A stretch of DNA of 64,000 bases, taken from IMG/VR virus record IMGVR_UViG_3300008448_012223. One strand, given 5' to 3'. The position numbers and the translations under genes are program-made. The notes below the pieces were generated by a model, which saw nothing but the letters and a program-made list of their open reading frames with translations, searched no databases and had not been told where the DNA came from. The DNA is from a virus. This document shows, in pieces, positions 48,401 to 57,969 of the stretch. Numbering within the stretch: position 1 is the first letter of the stretch; each line of letters opens with the position of its first letter.

Positions 48401-51400
48401 CAACGAGCAGCGGGGGCCACGGCAGCTCAAGAGGATCTATTCAGGTTAATATCAGGGCGTAATAGTCGCTTCCTAACCTCATCGTTCTTCCGCAATAAGG
48501 GTGTTATAGGTGCCTCTGTATTAGCTCTTATGAACGTACAGACTGGCCTAGCTAATATACTAGATGCCAGTGGGCCTAGCTTCCTGCGTTCTATTAACCT
48601 GCAGTTCGGTGCTGTCGACGTAGAGGAGGTGCGCTACAATAACCGCAATCTAATACTCGAGGGGCCCGTCATGGGGGCTGCCTATACGGCATTAGCAGTA
48701 GCCGGGGGTTATGTAGGTAGTGAGGTATTTGGCAGTATGGCTATTAACCGGTATAGTCTCAGCGATGAGTTGTATGCCAATGGTATCAGTCGTCTAATAT
48801 CCGCAGAGGCGGAGGAGGTACTGAAGCGAGGCACTCTAGTCAAGAAGGGTAATAGATTCATGACGTGGGGTCTAACTACAGCAGCGCTACTATGGGCCCC
48901 CCGCGTCATCACTGGTGTAGGTAACTTTATAATGAATACCTTCAACCGTATGACAGGGCAAGAGGGGCAGGTACTAGACGAGAACTACGCAACAGTAGGT
49001 AGTCTCCAGGCATGGAAACAATCAGTACTCAATAGGGTTAATACAGGCACGCTAGTTGGCAATAGAACTGAGAGGACTCTAGAGGCATGGTCTGCATTCG
49101 TAGCAGGACGCATTAGTGCCCACACACCGGTAGCAGCTATAAGTCGACGGGCCAAAACTATAGAGGTCTACGCGAGCCAGGCCCCCACGTCCTACATACA
49201 GTTCTTCATAGCGGAGTCACGGCGCCGTGGTTCTGAGATAGATAAAGGCGTATACAGTTATAGTATGGGGGTACAATCAGCACCTGTACTGGGTATCTCT
49301 ATGAGCGTGTCAGCCCCCCTAGCCTTCGACGCTAATAAGCCCTTCGCTGAGGCCTTCATATATAACCAGGAGAAGGATAACGTTATCAATTACATACAGA
49401 GCGCTGGTAATGTATCATTAGCAGTATCGTTAACGGCGGGTCTAGTTAGTCTGTCTGCTCTGTTACCAGAGTACGCGCGCTCTAAGATACTACGCGATCC
49501 AACGATAGGTGCGGGTGCGAAGGATCTCAGCAATAAGATGACTAACTTAGCAGTACTAGTAGATGACTGGGGCGGCCGGGCTATGAATATACCCATAGCA
49601 GGTGCACGAACTGCGGTTGGTTCCTTCTGGCATTACTCAGGTAAGGTAATAGACACAATGGCGGGGTTTAGTTACGGGGCACTACAAGGATTCGATAAGC
49701 TAGATAGAAGACTAGCTAAGGTCATAGCTCTGAGTAACTTTATTGTACCGCCTGTGCTAGGCGCACTATTTGGACTAACGGGCACGAGTCCTCTAACAAG
49801 TTCTCTACTTGTAGGTACTTCTCTGGCCTTTGCATATTCCTTCGCTATGAAGCACGATCCATGGCGTAAGAATGTAGCGGCGCTACAATCTCGTGTAGCG
49901 AGAGTAACAGGTATGAATGATATTAGTATAAGCCGCGGTATGCATACGGGTCTACGCAGATGGCGGGCCTATCGCATGCCACTACTTCTTGGCACTACAG
50001 CAGCCCTATTCCAGACTAAGACTGGGTGGAACATAAGTGAGGGCATGGACGACAATGTCATGACTCGACTAGCTACAGTGGGGCTCTATGCCGGCGTAAA
50101 CGCTATGGCAGTAGTAGAACTAGCAGACCTCGGGCTAGACCCAGGCGCTACTATAGAGCGGTATCGTAGAATGAGGGCCAAGGTAGGTAAGATGCACCCA
50201 CTGAACCCACTAGGTATGTGGCGGCGGCTACGTCTAGCCTCTCTTGAGAGAGACATACGGTCTGATTTCAATACTGTAGAGACCTACCTATCAGACTACC
50301 GTAATAATCGACGGGGCTATCATAGCTTCGATTTACTAGATGAACACCTGAAGACACAGCATGGCAAAGCATACCATGATGCTATGAATGAACACGGCCG
50401 GCGTCCATCTAACTTCCAGGTACGGGACATTATAGACGAGGCAGGTAACTATAGACTAACAGATTACGGTGAGAACCTACGCACCCTAGTAGATAGCCGG
50501 GACTACCTCAAGTATAGAAACGCCAGAATACTGGGGCCCGGCGGTAATAGGCTATTACGTTCTGCAGCGGCACTAGGTACCGTGAACATAGCCGCTACTG
50601 CTCTTCTATTAGGTGTAGGTGCTATATTATCTGGCTCAGGTAATCAGGAGGAAGCAACAGCGGGCTTCTATAATGCTATGGATGGCACGCCGCTGGAGTT
50701 CGTATCTAATGCATTCCGTCTAGTCACACGACGGGATATAGCTGTGGCACCGGATCCTCTGGAGCCTCTGATTGTAATGGCAGATGGCGCCTATAAGCGT
50801 AAGCGCGGCGTGCGCTTAATCAACCCCATAGAGAGCAACGTAGGGCGTATGAGTACTGCAATAGATAACCTACGCAGCAGCTTTGTATTAAATGCCAGTA
50901 ACCCATTCATGAGTGTCCTAGTATTCGGTACTAGTGTGCGAGAGGGAGAGCTAGGCTCGCGTCAGACCTTCTACATGCAGCTACAGTCTACTAACCAGGA
51001 CATCAGTACGGCAGTATATTCTACAGCGCCAGCCTATATGTTCAAGATGGTCAAGGCAGGGGCCATGGGCCAGCTATACGCGCGCGACTACCGTAAGGCT
51101 AATATAACTGATGCCTCGATGAATGACTTATCAAAGGATCAGCGCAAGTTTATGGCCATCAGCGTAGTCAGTCTAACAGCACGATTAGACCCACTGACTG
51201 ATAAGAACCGCCGGCGCGTAACTAGCCCATTCAATAGAGCCAGCCTGGCCCTCTATAGAGCGGATCCGTTGATGAACATAGCGTTGAGTAGTCGCCTGCA
51301 GGTAATACGCAACTTCGCATATCAGCGGCCCGAGTCACTAGTATCTGAGATGACTAATCTAGGTAATCCTGATGGTATGAATCCCCGGGATAGTAAGAAA

Positions 51401-54166
51401 CCCAAGTCATATCTAGACACGCTAATTGCATCGTTGAGTAAGGGAGACATGCGACTATTAGCAGAAACTGCATTCCCTGGCCTGGCATCCAGAGTGGCTA
51501 ATCCCCTCAACTTCGTACAGTACGAGAACTTCATTAAGTACTCGTCGGAACGGCGTACAGGAGGTAGACGGGTAGATATATATGCTGCAGATGGAGACTG
51601 GCTGGAGATGGGCGCGCCTACATCAATGAGGACAGAGGAGAGCAATATCCTGGGGATGATGGGATCCTTCTTAGTTAACTTCTGGGGTAAGATACCACTA
51701 ATCAACACACCCATTATGACGAGTCTAGCTGGGGGCGTTGCAGCCACTATGATTGCGGGCGCGATAGGCGCGATGATGAGTTTATTTGGCGTACTAGAGG
51801 GAGGTAAGCAGGCACGAGCTATAGATAACGTTATGACTGAGCTGCGTGTTCTATGGGCCGGTGAGAAGGCAGAACACTTTATTATAACGGCACCCCAGGC
51901 TAAGAGCCCCCTAGGAGAGAACCGTATGAAGTATGAGGTGAAGCGGGGCCGCTTCACCTATACGCTACACGCCAGTCCACCTGATGGCATGGGCGGAGAG
52001 GTAGGGAAGAGAATAGGTTATTTCCTCAATAGTTCTATGAGTATAACCGCAAATGACGGGATGGATGCTCTAATGGCGCGCGTATACGATGCCCCTATTA
52101 TAAACGAGAGCACTGTACGCAGTATAGGTGATAGGGATGCTCTAGTACGTAAATTAGTAGATAGTCTAGATGACGCTATAAGCCGCGGGTCCGATAGCTT
52201 CCTAACTAAGATATTAAACCTACTAGATAGCGATATATCAATTAATAACGGGCCCGCCCTCTTCTCACAGAAGGCCTACTCACTACTAGGATTAAACGAG
52301 GAGACATTCAAGATACAGTATGGAGATGCTAACTCATTCCTAAGACGTCGTATACGCGAGGTTATCGAGGAGACGATAGAGCGCGAGGTTATACGTAATA
52401 TATCTCTTAACCCCGATCCTGGTGATGCCTTCATGATATCATCGCGCTTCCGTGGTCTGACATCAGACGAACAGATACGCATCATAAGCGCTAGCGTACT
52501 AAATGAACTAGGCTTCCTATTCAAGGATATCAAGGAGAAGGCGCTGATAATGGCTGGGGCCACTACTGATATAGAAGTATTGCGTAGTCGCAATCAGAGA
52601 GTAGAGGGCTGGGCCAATAAGCAGGGCGGCATTATAGATATAGAGCGGAAGAAGGCCCCCCAATGGAAGCGTATATTCCACTGGGATAGCGGTAAGGCTC
52701 CCATAGCTGACCCCTCAGAGATAAAGGTCTACCCATTTTTTAAGGCGCGGCTCAGCGCATGGGGATCGCTTCAGGCATTAGGCGGCGGCGTTATGACAGC
52801 CTGGGGGGGCATAGAGAGTCTAGATGTGGGTAGTGCATTTTTAAGACTCGGCCGATCTCAGCGGGATGAGTTATACACTGAGGCAGAGAGACAGCTACTT
52901 GAGGAGCATGCTGGTATGACAGTGCGTAACTCCATAACTGGTATAGTCACAGGTCTAATAGCTGCTAAAGCAATAGGAGCTATAGGCGCGGCAGTCATGG
53001 GCGCCCCTCTAATAGCAGCAATAGGGGTGGTAGCAATAGGCGTAGGTATAGCAACAGGACTATTTGCATGGGGCTATAAACACCTAGAGGCAGTCACCAA
53101 GGGCGATGCCTGGCAGGACTTCAGTCAAGCTAGCGAGAGATTCTGGGCCGGCGTAGATAGAGCTATAGGCGACATAATAGGAGATAAGATACCCAGCGTT
53201 CTATCATTGGGTAATGATGAGGTCAAGGGCGTCATTACATCGGCTATAGGCATGGCACTAGGTGCAATGTCACTAGTCGGGGCGGCTGCAAGCTGGTTCA
53301 AGGGCGCGGGCTGGAGTCTAATAGCTAAATCAGGCCTGGGGGGCCTTCTAGGAGGGGCAGTTATAACTGCCACCCCAGGTGTACACGAGACACTGGCCCG
53401 CGGTAGTAGCGTCGCAGTAGAGGGCATGGGTAAGATAACAGGGCTGAATATGTTTGTCACGCCAACAGATTATCTACTAGCGCGTTATAAACAAGGGCCA
53501 GGCGGCATGACACTAGCTATGCCAGGGCGCGCCTTCCAATACAACGCGGATAGATGGGCCGAAGCTAGCAAGGACTCCGCTGGTAATAGGACGGCAGCTA
53601 TGCTGTTACCGACACCTGATGGAGGGGATAGTAACATACAACTACTAGATCCATTCACAGAGAGAGAGATAGCACGACGGGCCCGTCTCTTCAACGTAGA
53701 GATATTCGGACAGACCAGTTGGGTCAAGTCAGCGCGGGCCAGTAGTGATTGGGGCTCCATAAAGATATACGTTAGACAGCAGATGCTAGGCCAGTATAAA
53801 AACAACATGGCGGCTATTCGCGCTACTGTATCAGACACTATGAATAAGCTGGCCCAGTCAGCTACTCCTTATAATACAGAGGTGGCCCGTCTAGCCATAG
53901 CCGTCAGTAAGACAGTAGGCGGGCCCGCACCCGCTACTCAATCTCGAGCCATTATAAGCAATAATGGTAACTTCAGCCCCGAGCTGAAGGAGATAGCAGA
54001 GGAGGCAACACGACGGGGCCATATAGCACTAATATCTCAGGAGACCAGCGCCGAGCAGAATGGTAATACAGTAACAGTCACAACAAGACCCAGTGACGAT
54101 AATAGTCTCTGGGTCAATAGGTTAGATGGTAAACTTGATAGAGAGGCAATGTTACGCATGGGCTAG
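45470..54166 (+). CDS. Giant tape-measure/ejection-like protein with N-terminal PLD-like motifs
   Basis: 2898 aa with many Gly/Ala-rich hydrophobic helices. It has the HxK-like MHSKL and THYNKHLFENID…VLYMGTRRLS. Confidence 0.55.
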   Translation: MESDLLKQIEEAGKYPSAGVGSLGDYPSRFGVSSLSETQRFLRDARPNTLQAALFSHNRFHSDFTLELLHDTFNKESFRTIGQERQDKFYQSMKPYIKMAEGIFTNEMDLYDKVGGTVVVDMTISKRESQALKAASSNLNVIPYIANKGQGTTLMHSKLELITREDGTNVGRVHTAPYITEYGTNALEVGAVVSGIAGAGAIISGRAPRLGIVGAIAAPLLMGAGVMLRNTNSSLLDIGLKSDKKDIFYETSNPKFVAELRTYMRSLAGGRELDTSSNRFILGESEAILAMTRDAQRANGIVLSPASWSLAQARDDSGSIISRDNNLDRTHYARLENFENTIVERAPDIPILMATSGRVDSSIRNRLQQAGVIVGSNVGTHYNKHLFENIDEEGTDVLYMGTRRLSAQHNREIMIRLTSGDDPAAFAYYKGMLLSDNKFNVSDIAMTQMGYTNKSFIRATTGTTISQLPSFLGASHFYEVAINNAARARVSGHLDWRESLESYTNRPGIAAQNYLARAALSGTPSAVPDQVRDYDRALLAPGLGSLINEYTIMAGFGRLYKDEVGALPSITGAFGAVLDRTLTYYGTFFDYDETRDSMVPVAGVYENALTFASSFVMTTAASMGLYFSVGIPLGYITAELNKSMVQGTIDSAVQKTKGKRYPQHTPILDFSPIDNFELAKYMQEVQGLSGGTLDNYYTNRINTLPALNNLFYRERGSTFFEYITKPFILDVMNPYERGSAEDIKLRRSADAFHDSLRRPIGLEATFEERYNQVSGKMEPFLVSLRATNIGFERQRELAILIDEVGASLPAAPWRWGWGVGKEDSRSFVSMAEVFSFSEMAESFHRILGTGSQSLNYIVSSSENNTRGMKGLLMRGGAMLGGVMRSTKARLQGNNLFMGIGPIATTNLAAEYKKLMKLERQMLVENLLTWEVGINGQGSRQIGNVQTSEQRQLVAKFVDQLIVYNQAIQSSPHYQQAVQRAAGATAAQEDLFRLISGRNSRFLTSSFFRNKGVIGASVLALMNVQTGLANILDASGPSFLRSINLQFGAVDVEEVRYNNRNLILEGPVMGAAYTALAVAGGYVGSEVFGSMAINRYSLSDELYANGISRLISAEAEEVLKRGTLVKKGNRFMTWGLTTAALLWAPRVITGVGNFIMNTFNRMTGQEGQVLDENYATVGSLQAWKQSVLNRVNTGTLVGNRTERTLEAWSAFVAGRISAHTPVAAISRRAKTIEVYASQAPTSYIQFFIAESRRRGSEIDKGVYSYSMGVQSAPVLGISMSVSAPLAFDANKPFAEAFIYNQEKDNVINYIQSAGNVSLAVSLTAGLVSLSALLPEYARSKILRDPTIGAGAKDLSNKMTNLAVLVDDWGGRAMNIPIAGARTAVGSFWHYSGKVIDTMAGFSYGALQGFDKLDRRLAKVIALSNFIVPPVLGALFGLTGTSPLTSSLLVGTSLAFAYSFAMKHDPWRKNVAALQSRVARVTGMNDISISRGMHTGLRRWRAYRMPLLLGTTAALFQTKTGWNISEGMDDNVMTRLATVGLYAGVNAMAVVELADLGLDPGATIERYRRMRAKVGKMHPLNPLGMWRRLRLASLERDIRSDFNTVETYLSDYRNNRRGYHSFDLLDEHLKTQHGKAYHDAMNEHGRRPSNFQVRDIIDEAGNYRLTDYGENLRTLVDSRDYLKYRNARILGPGGNRLLRSAAALGTVNIAATALLLGVGAILSGSGNQEEATAGFYNAMDGTPLEFVSNAFRLVTRRDIAVAPDPLEPLIVMADGAYKRKRGVRLINPIESNVGRMSTAIDNLRSSFVLNASNPFMSVLVFGTSVREGELGSRQTFYMQLQSTNQDISTAVYSTAPAYMFKMVKAGAMGQLYARDYRKANITDASMNDLSKDQRKFMAISVVSLTARLDPLTDKNRRRVTSPFNRASLALYRADPLMNIALSSRLQVIRNFAYQRPESLVSEMTNLGNPDGMNPRDSKKPKSYLDTLIASLSKGDMRLLAETAFPGLASRVANPLNFVQYENFIKYSSERRTGGRRVDIYAADGDWLEMGAPTSMRTEESNILGMMGSFLVNFWGKIPLINTPIMTSLAGGVAATMIAGAIGAMMSLFGVLEGGKQARAIDNVMTELRVLWAGEKAEHFIITAPQAKSPLGENRMKYEVKRGRFTYTLHASPPDGMGGEVGKRIGYFLNSSMSITANDGMDALMARVYDAPIINESTVRSIGDRDALVRKLVDSLDDAISRGSDSFLTKILNLLDSDISINNGPALFSQKAYSLLGLNEETFKIQYGDANSFLRRRIREVIEETIEREVIRNISLNPDPGDAFMISSRFRGLTSDEQIRIISASVLNELGFLFKDIKEKALIMAGATTDIEVLRSRNQRVEGWANKQGGIIDIERKKAPQWKRIFHWDSGKAPIADPSEIKVYPFFKARLSAWGSLQALGGGVMTAWGGIESLDVGSAFLRLGRSQRDELYTEAERQLLEEHAGMTVRNSITGIVTGLIAAKAIGAIGAAVMGAPLIAAIGVVAIGVGIATGLFAWGYKHLEAVTKGDAWQDFSQASERFWAGVDRAIGDIIGDKIPSVLSLGNDEVKGVITSAIGMALGAMSLVGAAASWFKGAGWSLIAKSGLGGLLGGAVITATPGVHETLARGSSVAVEGMGKITGLNMFVTPTDYLLARYKQGPGGMTLAMPGRAFQYNADRWAEASKDSAGNRTAAMLLPTPDGGDSNIQLLDPFTEREIARRARLFNVEIFGQTSWVKSARASSDWGSIKIYVRQQMLGQYKNNMAAIRATVSDTMNKLAQSATPYNTEVARLAIAVSKTVGGPAPATQSRAIISNNGNFSPELKEIAEEATRRGHIALISQETSAEQNGNTVTVTTRPSDDNSLWVNRLDGKLDREAMLRMG

Positions 54167-54250
54167 GCCCTCGTGTCAGGAATCCCCAACATTATTAGCT
54201 TGACTCAACCTATCCTAATAAGCTAAGATGGGGGGATGCATTTGTAAAGA

Positions 54251-54280
54251 GCCAGTACCCCTACAGGTACTGGCTTTTTT
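54251..54280 (+). terminator. Rho-independent terminator ending the late operon
   Basis: GCCAGTACC-CCTACA-GGTACTGGC-TTTTTT. Confidence 0.85.
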
Positions 54281-54393
54281 CTAGCTTCGCATCATTGAGA
54301 TTAGCCCTCTCAACAGCCCACCAGGAGATTTAAAACCTTATTAGTGGACTCAAGAAGCCAGGAGGTCAATCAATAAATCACTTACTCATTGTC

Positions 54394-54522
54394 ATGCTCC
54401 TAAGCTCCCTCTTTTACGACGTAGCTCTGGGCGAGATCAAGCCCTACGAGTTCGTTTTTCTCCGTACCGTAACAGAACTGGTAAAACTCTACGGTGGGGA
54501 TAATCAAGGCGGGAAGCGATAG
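54394..54522 (+). CDS. Possible 42-aa protein
   Basis: MLLSSLFYDVALGEIKPYEFVFLRTVTELVKLYGGDNQGGKR*; no clear ribosome-binding site. Confidence 0.25.
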   Translation: MLLSSLFYDVALGEIKPYEFVFLRTVTELVKLYGGDNQGGKR

Positions 54523-54598
54523 GTAGAATGTTTACTGAATTCAAGCTGGGCAGTGCGACAACACTCGACTAGCTTTTTGTACTGTTTTTACTATTGCC

Positions 54599-54862
54599 CT
54601 ATTGTTCCATCTGAGATACCTCCCGCCGTGATAGTTTGTTTTCAATGAGCTTACCTCTAATTTTCAGATGAAATGGGCGTTGACTAGACCAGCTAATAGC
54701 ACAATAGATGGAGCCCAGTCGAATGTCCTGATAGAAGGTATAACCACATCTATCATAATTAATACTACCACCTAGGCCAAATATAAATGTACCGATGAAT
54801 ACATTGAAGCTATTATAAAGAAAGTATTCATCTAGTATATGCGTGCTATATTGTGATGCCAC
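54599..54862 (-). CDS. Hypothetical protein (87 aa; GTG start overlapping the upstream stop)
   Basis: This is the 3' part of track ORF 54599-55069. GTG at 54862-54860 overlaps the TAG of 54862-55572. Confidence 0.45.
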   Translation of the reverse strand: MASQYSTHILDEYFLYNSFNVFIGTFIFGLGGSINYDRCGYTFYQDIRLGSIYCAISWSSQRPFHLKIRGKLIENKLSRREVSQMEQ

Positions 54863-55572
54863 TACGCGCGGGGCTCCAACGTATTGAGGAGTGTCTTGGC
54901 CATCTGTATACGCCGGTAGATACGACTCGCTATAGCTGGATTCTCCTTGTTCACCTCCTCTATTACAATTTGCTTGAATCGGTCTATGGCCTCGAATTGC
55001 TTGACAGTCTCCATCAGTGAGCGCGCATCCTTCAGTAGTTGACGCTGCTCCTGCAACATAGATACCCATATTTCCTCCTTGACTTTCCTAGCCTTAAAAA
55101 ATGGTTCATCATCGGCCGACTCGAGAGCTATAATACCTGCTTTAAGATCATTGAATATAGTCTGTAGCTGTGTCTGAGTATCAAACACAGAGCCATAGGG
55201 ATACTCTACTCTCTCCATTATAGGCGCGCTTCTATAGGCGGTTATCCATTCACCTACCTCGCGCGCTGTAAGATCAACCCCGTGCATAGATAAGGCGCGG
55301 GATATATCACTCTCACTGGAACCCTTCTCTATTAACTGCACGACAAATTCTGTCATCCCACAGGCATCAATAGGGTGGCGGAGAGCCACCTTATAGTTAT
55401 CCAGTGGTTCAGATATTATAGGGTCATTGAATAATTTCTCTAGAGCTACTAACCGCTCCCAGAGGGGCTGCCAATCAATAGTTCCTATAAGCTGCTTACT
55501 ATCAAGCAGACTACCAAAGTCATTCTTCCAGTCCCGCAGCTCCTGCAGTATATTAGTGTAGTCTGCCATCAT
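54862..55572 (-). CDS. HTH/coiled-coil protein (possible small terminase-like)
   Basis: SESDISRALSMHGVDLTAREVGEW is HTH-like, followed by a coiled coil ending FKQIVIEEVNKENPAIASRIYRRI. Confidence 0.45.
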   Translation of the reverse strand: MMADYTNILQELRDWKNDFGSLLDSKQLIGTIDWQPLWERLVALEKLFNDPIISEPLDNYKVALRHPIDACGMTEFVVQLIEKGSSESDISRALSMHGVDLTAREVGEWITAYRSAPIMERVEYPYGSVFDTQTQLQTIFNDLKAGIIALESADDEPFFKARKVKEEIWVSMLQEQRQLLKDARSLMETVKQFEAIDRFKQIVIEEVNKENPAIASRIYRRIQMAKTLLNTLEPRA

Positions 55573-55999
55573 CTACCACGCTATCTAAGTAATCAGCGGC
55601 CGTATACACATTACCCTCGACGATCTCAGGGATCCTGATGTGCTTATCCTCTTCCTCCATCTGCATACGAATATCGATGGGGCCTAATACAGGCATGATA
55701 TTAGGATGAATCAGATAATTAAGTAATTGGATAGCAAAAGCATCAAACTTACGCTTAATAGTACTACTATCCACATTAAGACCGCCCGCGATGTCATTGC
55801 GACTGCGCTGCGTAGCCCAGAGCCAGGCGGCATGTCTATATATATCGGGGCTAGTTCTCATAATTAAATACATGCACTTACGCACTGTCTCATATGAGAA
55901 TGTTCGATTGTAACAGGCAGACTCGAAATCAATCTGCTGATAGAACCTCTTACGCAGGTAATACTTTACTTCATCAAGCCAGGGGTTAGGTTTGGGCAT
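55553..55999 (-). CDS. HTH DNA-binding protein (sigma region 4-like)
   Basis: WATQRSRNDIAGGLNVDSSTIKRKF. Confidence 0.6.
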   Translation of the reverse strand: MPKPNPWLDEVKYYLRKRFYQQIDFESACYNRTFSYETVRKCMYLIMRTSPDIYRHAAWLWATQRSRNDIAGGLNVDSSTIKRKFDAFAIQLLNYLIHPNIMPVLGPIDIRMQMEEEDKHIRIPEIVEGNVYTAADYLDSVVDDGRLH

Positions 56000-56022
56000 A
56001 CATATCCTCTATATACCCATTA

Positions 56023-56052
56023 ATCTTATCGTACTAAATACCAGTATGTCAA
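56023..56052 (-). promoter_or_regulatory. Sigma70-type promoter
   Basis: TTGACA-N18-TAAGAT upstream of the ATG at 55999. Confidence 0.55.
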
Positions 56053-57191
56053 ATCAATAATCTATAGAGATCGAGTAGGCTCTGTTCCTCTGCGAGCTCA
56101 GGGTAGCAATCATGGAGATAGGGACAAGGCTTACCGAAGGAATCGAGACAGGGACTATAATTATCCTCAGGGTAGTGGTGAGGATAGAAACCCGCCGTGA
56201 TTAATTTGTGCGTGCCAAAGAATGAGGTTAGTACGCGATCCATGATGCTACGGTCAATAGGTGTTAGTACTAGACTACCCTCCCTGACGTTATAGATACC
56301 CATAGCATCAACGCGAGTGCCTGTCAATTTCTCATAGGCATAGGCATAGGCACAGAGCTGAGGGTTATACGCCAGCTTATCTGTAGTATAGGCAGATTTA
56401 CTGGTCTTATAATCAACTATAGTTAGGCCATGAGAGGTGATTCCCACCCAGTCAATGAAGCCCAGGAGGTTGATACCGGCATCACCGCCGCAGTCAGGCG
56501 GCATAGACACCTCATTGATTATAGTGCCGTCATTATACTCACTGATAGGTAACTCAACATAGATAGTGCGCTTAAATTCCTTAGGAGGGATAAAGGCCCG
56601 ACATAGGTTAAACGCGTCAGTCAATGCGCCAATAACATCAAGCTCAGTATCCAATTCAGGATTAAGCATAAGCATATATTCATTAGCTGCATGCCGTAGA
56701 GCGAGAAGGGGCTCCTCTGCCTGCTTCCATGCAGTAGTAGACTGATAGGCACTACTCACCTTACCGGCAGCGGTGCGTATGGCATCGGGACCCTTATAGT
56801 CAGCGCGGGCTCTGTTATGCAGTGCTGCATAACCATCTACTAGACCCATTAAGTAACTAGAGATAGTGGTCTGGTCCGACGCAGGCGTATTAGATACAAT
56901 GACACCAGCGGCCATAAGCGCGCTTATGTAGGTCTCCTCGAGGCACTGCTCTAGATTATAATCATGTTCTACTTCAGGATCATAGAATAACTCGAGGGCC
57001 TCATGCACTAGGTTACCCAATAGAGTAGAGCGCGTAGCCCCACTCTTCCTATTGAGGTCAACGTATTTATGATAGAACTCCATCCCACAGCGGCGATATA
57101 CGCGCAGTGCACTAACAGAGTAGTAGGGCGGGCGTTCTGCTATAGATCGACTAGTAATAATATTAGAGGTCATCGATAACCTCTGCGCCAT
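56049..57191 (-). CDS. PD-(D/E)XK exonuclease (RecB/Cas4-like, with Cys cluster)
   Basis: YSVSALRVYRRCG, GNLVHEALE, GFIDW…IVDYKTS, QLCAYAYA, and C-terminal C…C…C. Confidence 0.85.
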   Translation of the reverse strand: MAQRLSMTSNIITSRSIAERPPYYSVSALRVYRRCGMEFYHKYVDLNRKSGATRSTLLGNLVHEALELFYDPEVEHDYNLEQCLEETYISALMAAGVIVSNTPASDQTTISSYLMGLVDGYAALHNRARADYKGPDAIRTAAGKVSSAYQSTTAWKQAEEPLLALRHAANEYMLMLNPELDTELDVIGALTDAFNLCRAFIPPKEFKRTIYVELPISEYNDGTIINEVSMPPDCGGDAGINLLGFIDWVGITSHGLTIVDYKTSKSAYTTDKLAYNPQLCAYAYAYEKLTGTRVDAMGIYNVREGSLVLTPIDRSIMDRVLTSFFGTHKLITAGFYPHHYPEDNYSPCLDSFGKPCPYLHDCYPELAEEQSLLDLYRLLI

Positions 57192-57714
57192 AATGAGCTA
57201 ATAATAGTGCCTCAGCCATACCATCATGGGGCTTGTGGCAGAGAGGAGTCCTGAATAAATTAACAGCAGGATAGAGATCCACAGCAATAGATACGCTGCG
57301 TGTCTTAGTAGGTTTACTATAGGTCCATTTAATAGGCGGGGCCATATCGGCATAGTGCGATTGCCACTCACGGGAATCTACTACTACATAATTCAGACCT
57401 ATACCCTCCAATAGGCCAATTAGTTTCCCATAGTTAAGCATAGTCTTAGCAGTAGAACCCAGACCCTGACGCCGCGTCTTTCCCGCAACTATCCTGGGCC
57501 GTACTACTATCTGGCGTTCAATAATAGTAAGATGAGGTCTATAATAAGACAGGTAATTCTTAATTACCCCCATGTTTATATCCTTATCAGACGTAGAGAT
57601 TGGCATGATTCTAACATCAACTACATTATGGGTATCCCCCTTTTGTAGTATACAAAGTCCCCCAGTTAAACCTGGGTCTATCCCACATATAAATTTATCC
57701 AAGATAATCACCAA
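57163..57714 (-). CDS. Holliday junction resolvase, RuvC-like
   Basis: ICGIDPGLTGG, IIERQ, NYGKLIG and HDGMAEALLLA. Confidence 0.85.
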   Translation of the reverse strand: MVIILDKFICGIDPGLTGGLCILQKGDTHNVVDVRIMPISTSDKDINMGVIKNYLSYYRPHLTIIERQIVVRPRIVAGKTRRQGLGSTAKTMLNYGKLIGLLEGIGLNYVVVDSREWQSHYADMAPPIKWTYSKPTKTRSVSIAVDLYPAVNLFRTPLCHKPHDGMAEALLLAHYGAEVIDDL

Positions 57715-57727
57715 CTAGTATATTATC

Positions 57728-57736
57728 ATTATAGCA
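57728..57736 (-). promoter_or_regulatory. Extended -10 promoter element
   Basis: TGCTATAAT 14 nt upstream of the resolvase start. Confidence 0.45.
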
Positions 57737-57762
57737 CATAACGCCTGCTACACTGAGAATAA

Positions 57763-57969
57763 CTAATCGAATTGAAACAACCAGGGATTCCAGGTTAGTT
57801 CAGTATTATCATCTAACGTAACAACCACTCTGTTCTTATGGCCAGCGTAGCGGTGAGAAAGATTACCCTTCGTGTTGTAACTATAACCCGCTGACCTAGG
57901 GTACGTTGATTGATATGCTATATTAGTAACTACCTTATTATTAATCTCATCGCCTAGCCTGATGTGCAT
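57763..57969 (-). CDS. Hypothetical protein
   Basis: 68-aa ORF. Confidence 0.5.
   Translation of the reverse strand: MHIRLGDEINNKVVTNIAYQSTYPRSAGYSYNTKGNLSHRYAGHKNRVVVTLDDNTELTWNPWLFQFD

Noticed and set aside
2233-53838. Numerous minus-strand ORFs (60-210 aa) in the ORF track over the structural genes
   Set aside because: They are antisense shadows of long coding genes, with no ribosome-binding sites or recognisable motifs.
56017-56030. CATTAATCTTA, a partial match to the CRISPR-like unit
   Set aside because: Too short, and better explained as the -10 box of a minus-strand promoter.
57771-57778. ATTGAAAC, matching a CRISPR repeat 3' handle
   Set aside because: Only 8 nt, explained by the antisense coding sequence (…FQFD*); no hairpin or second copy.
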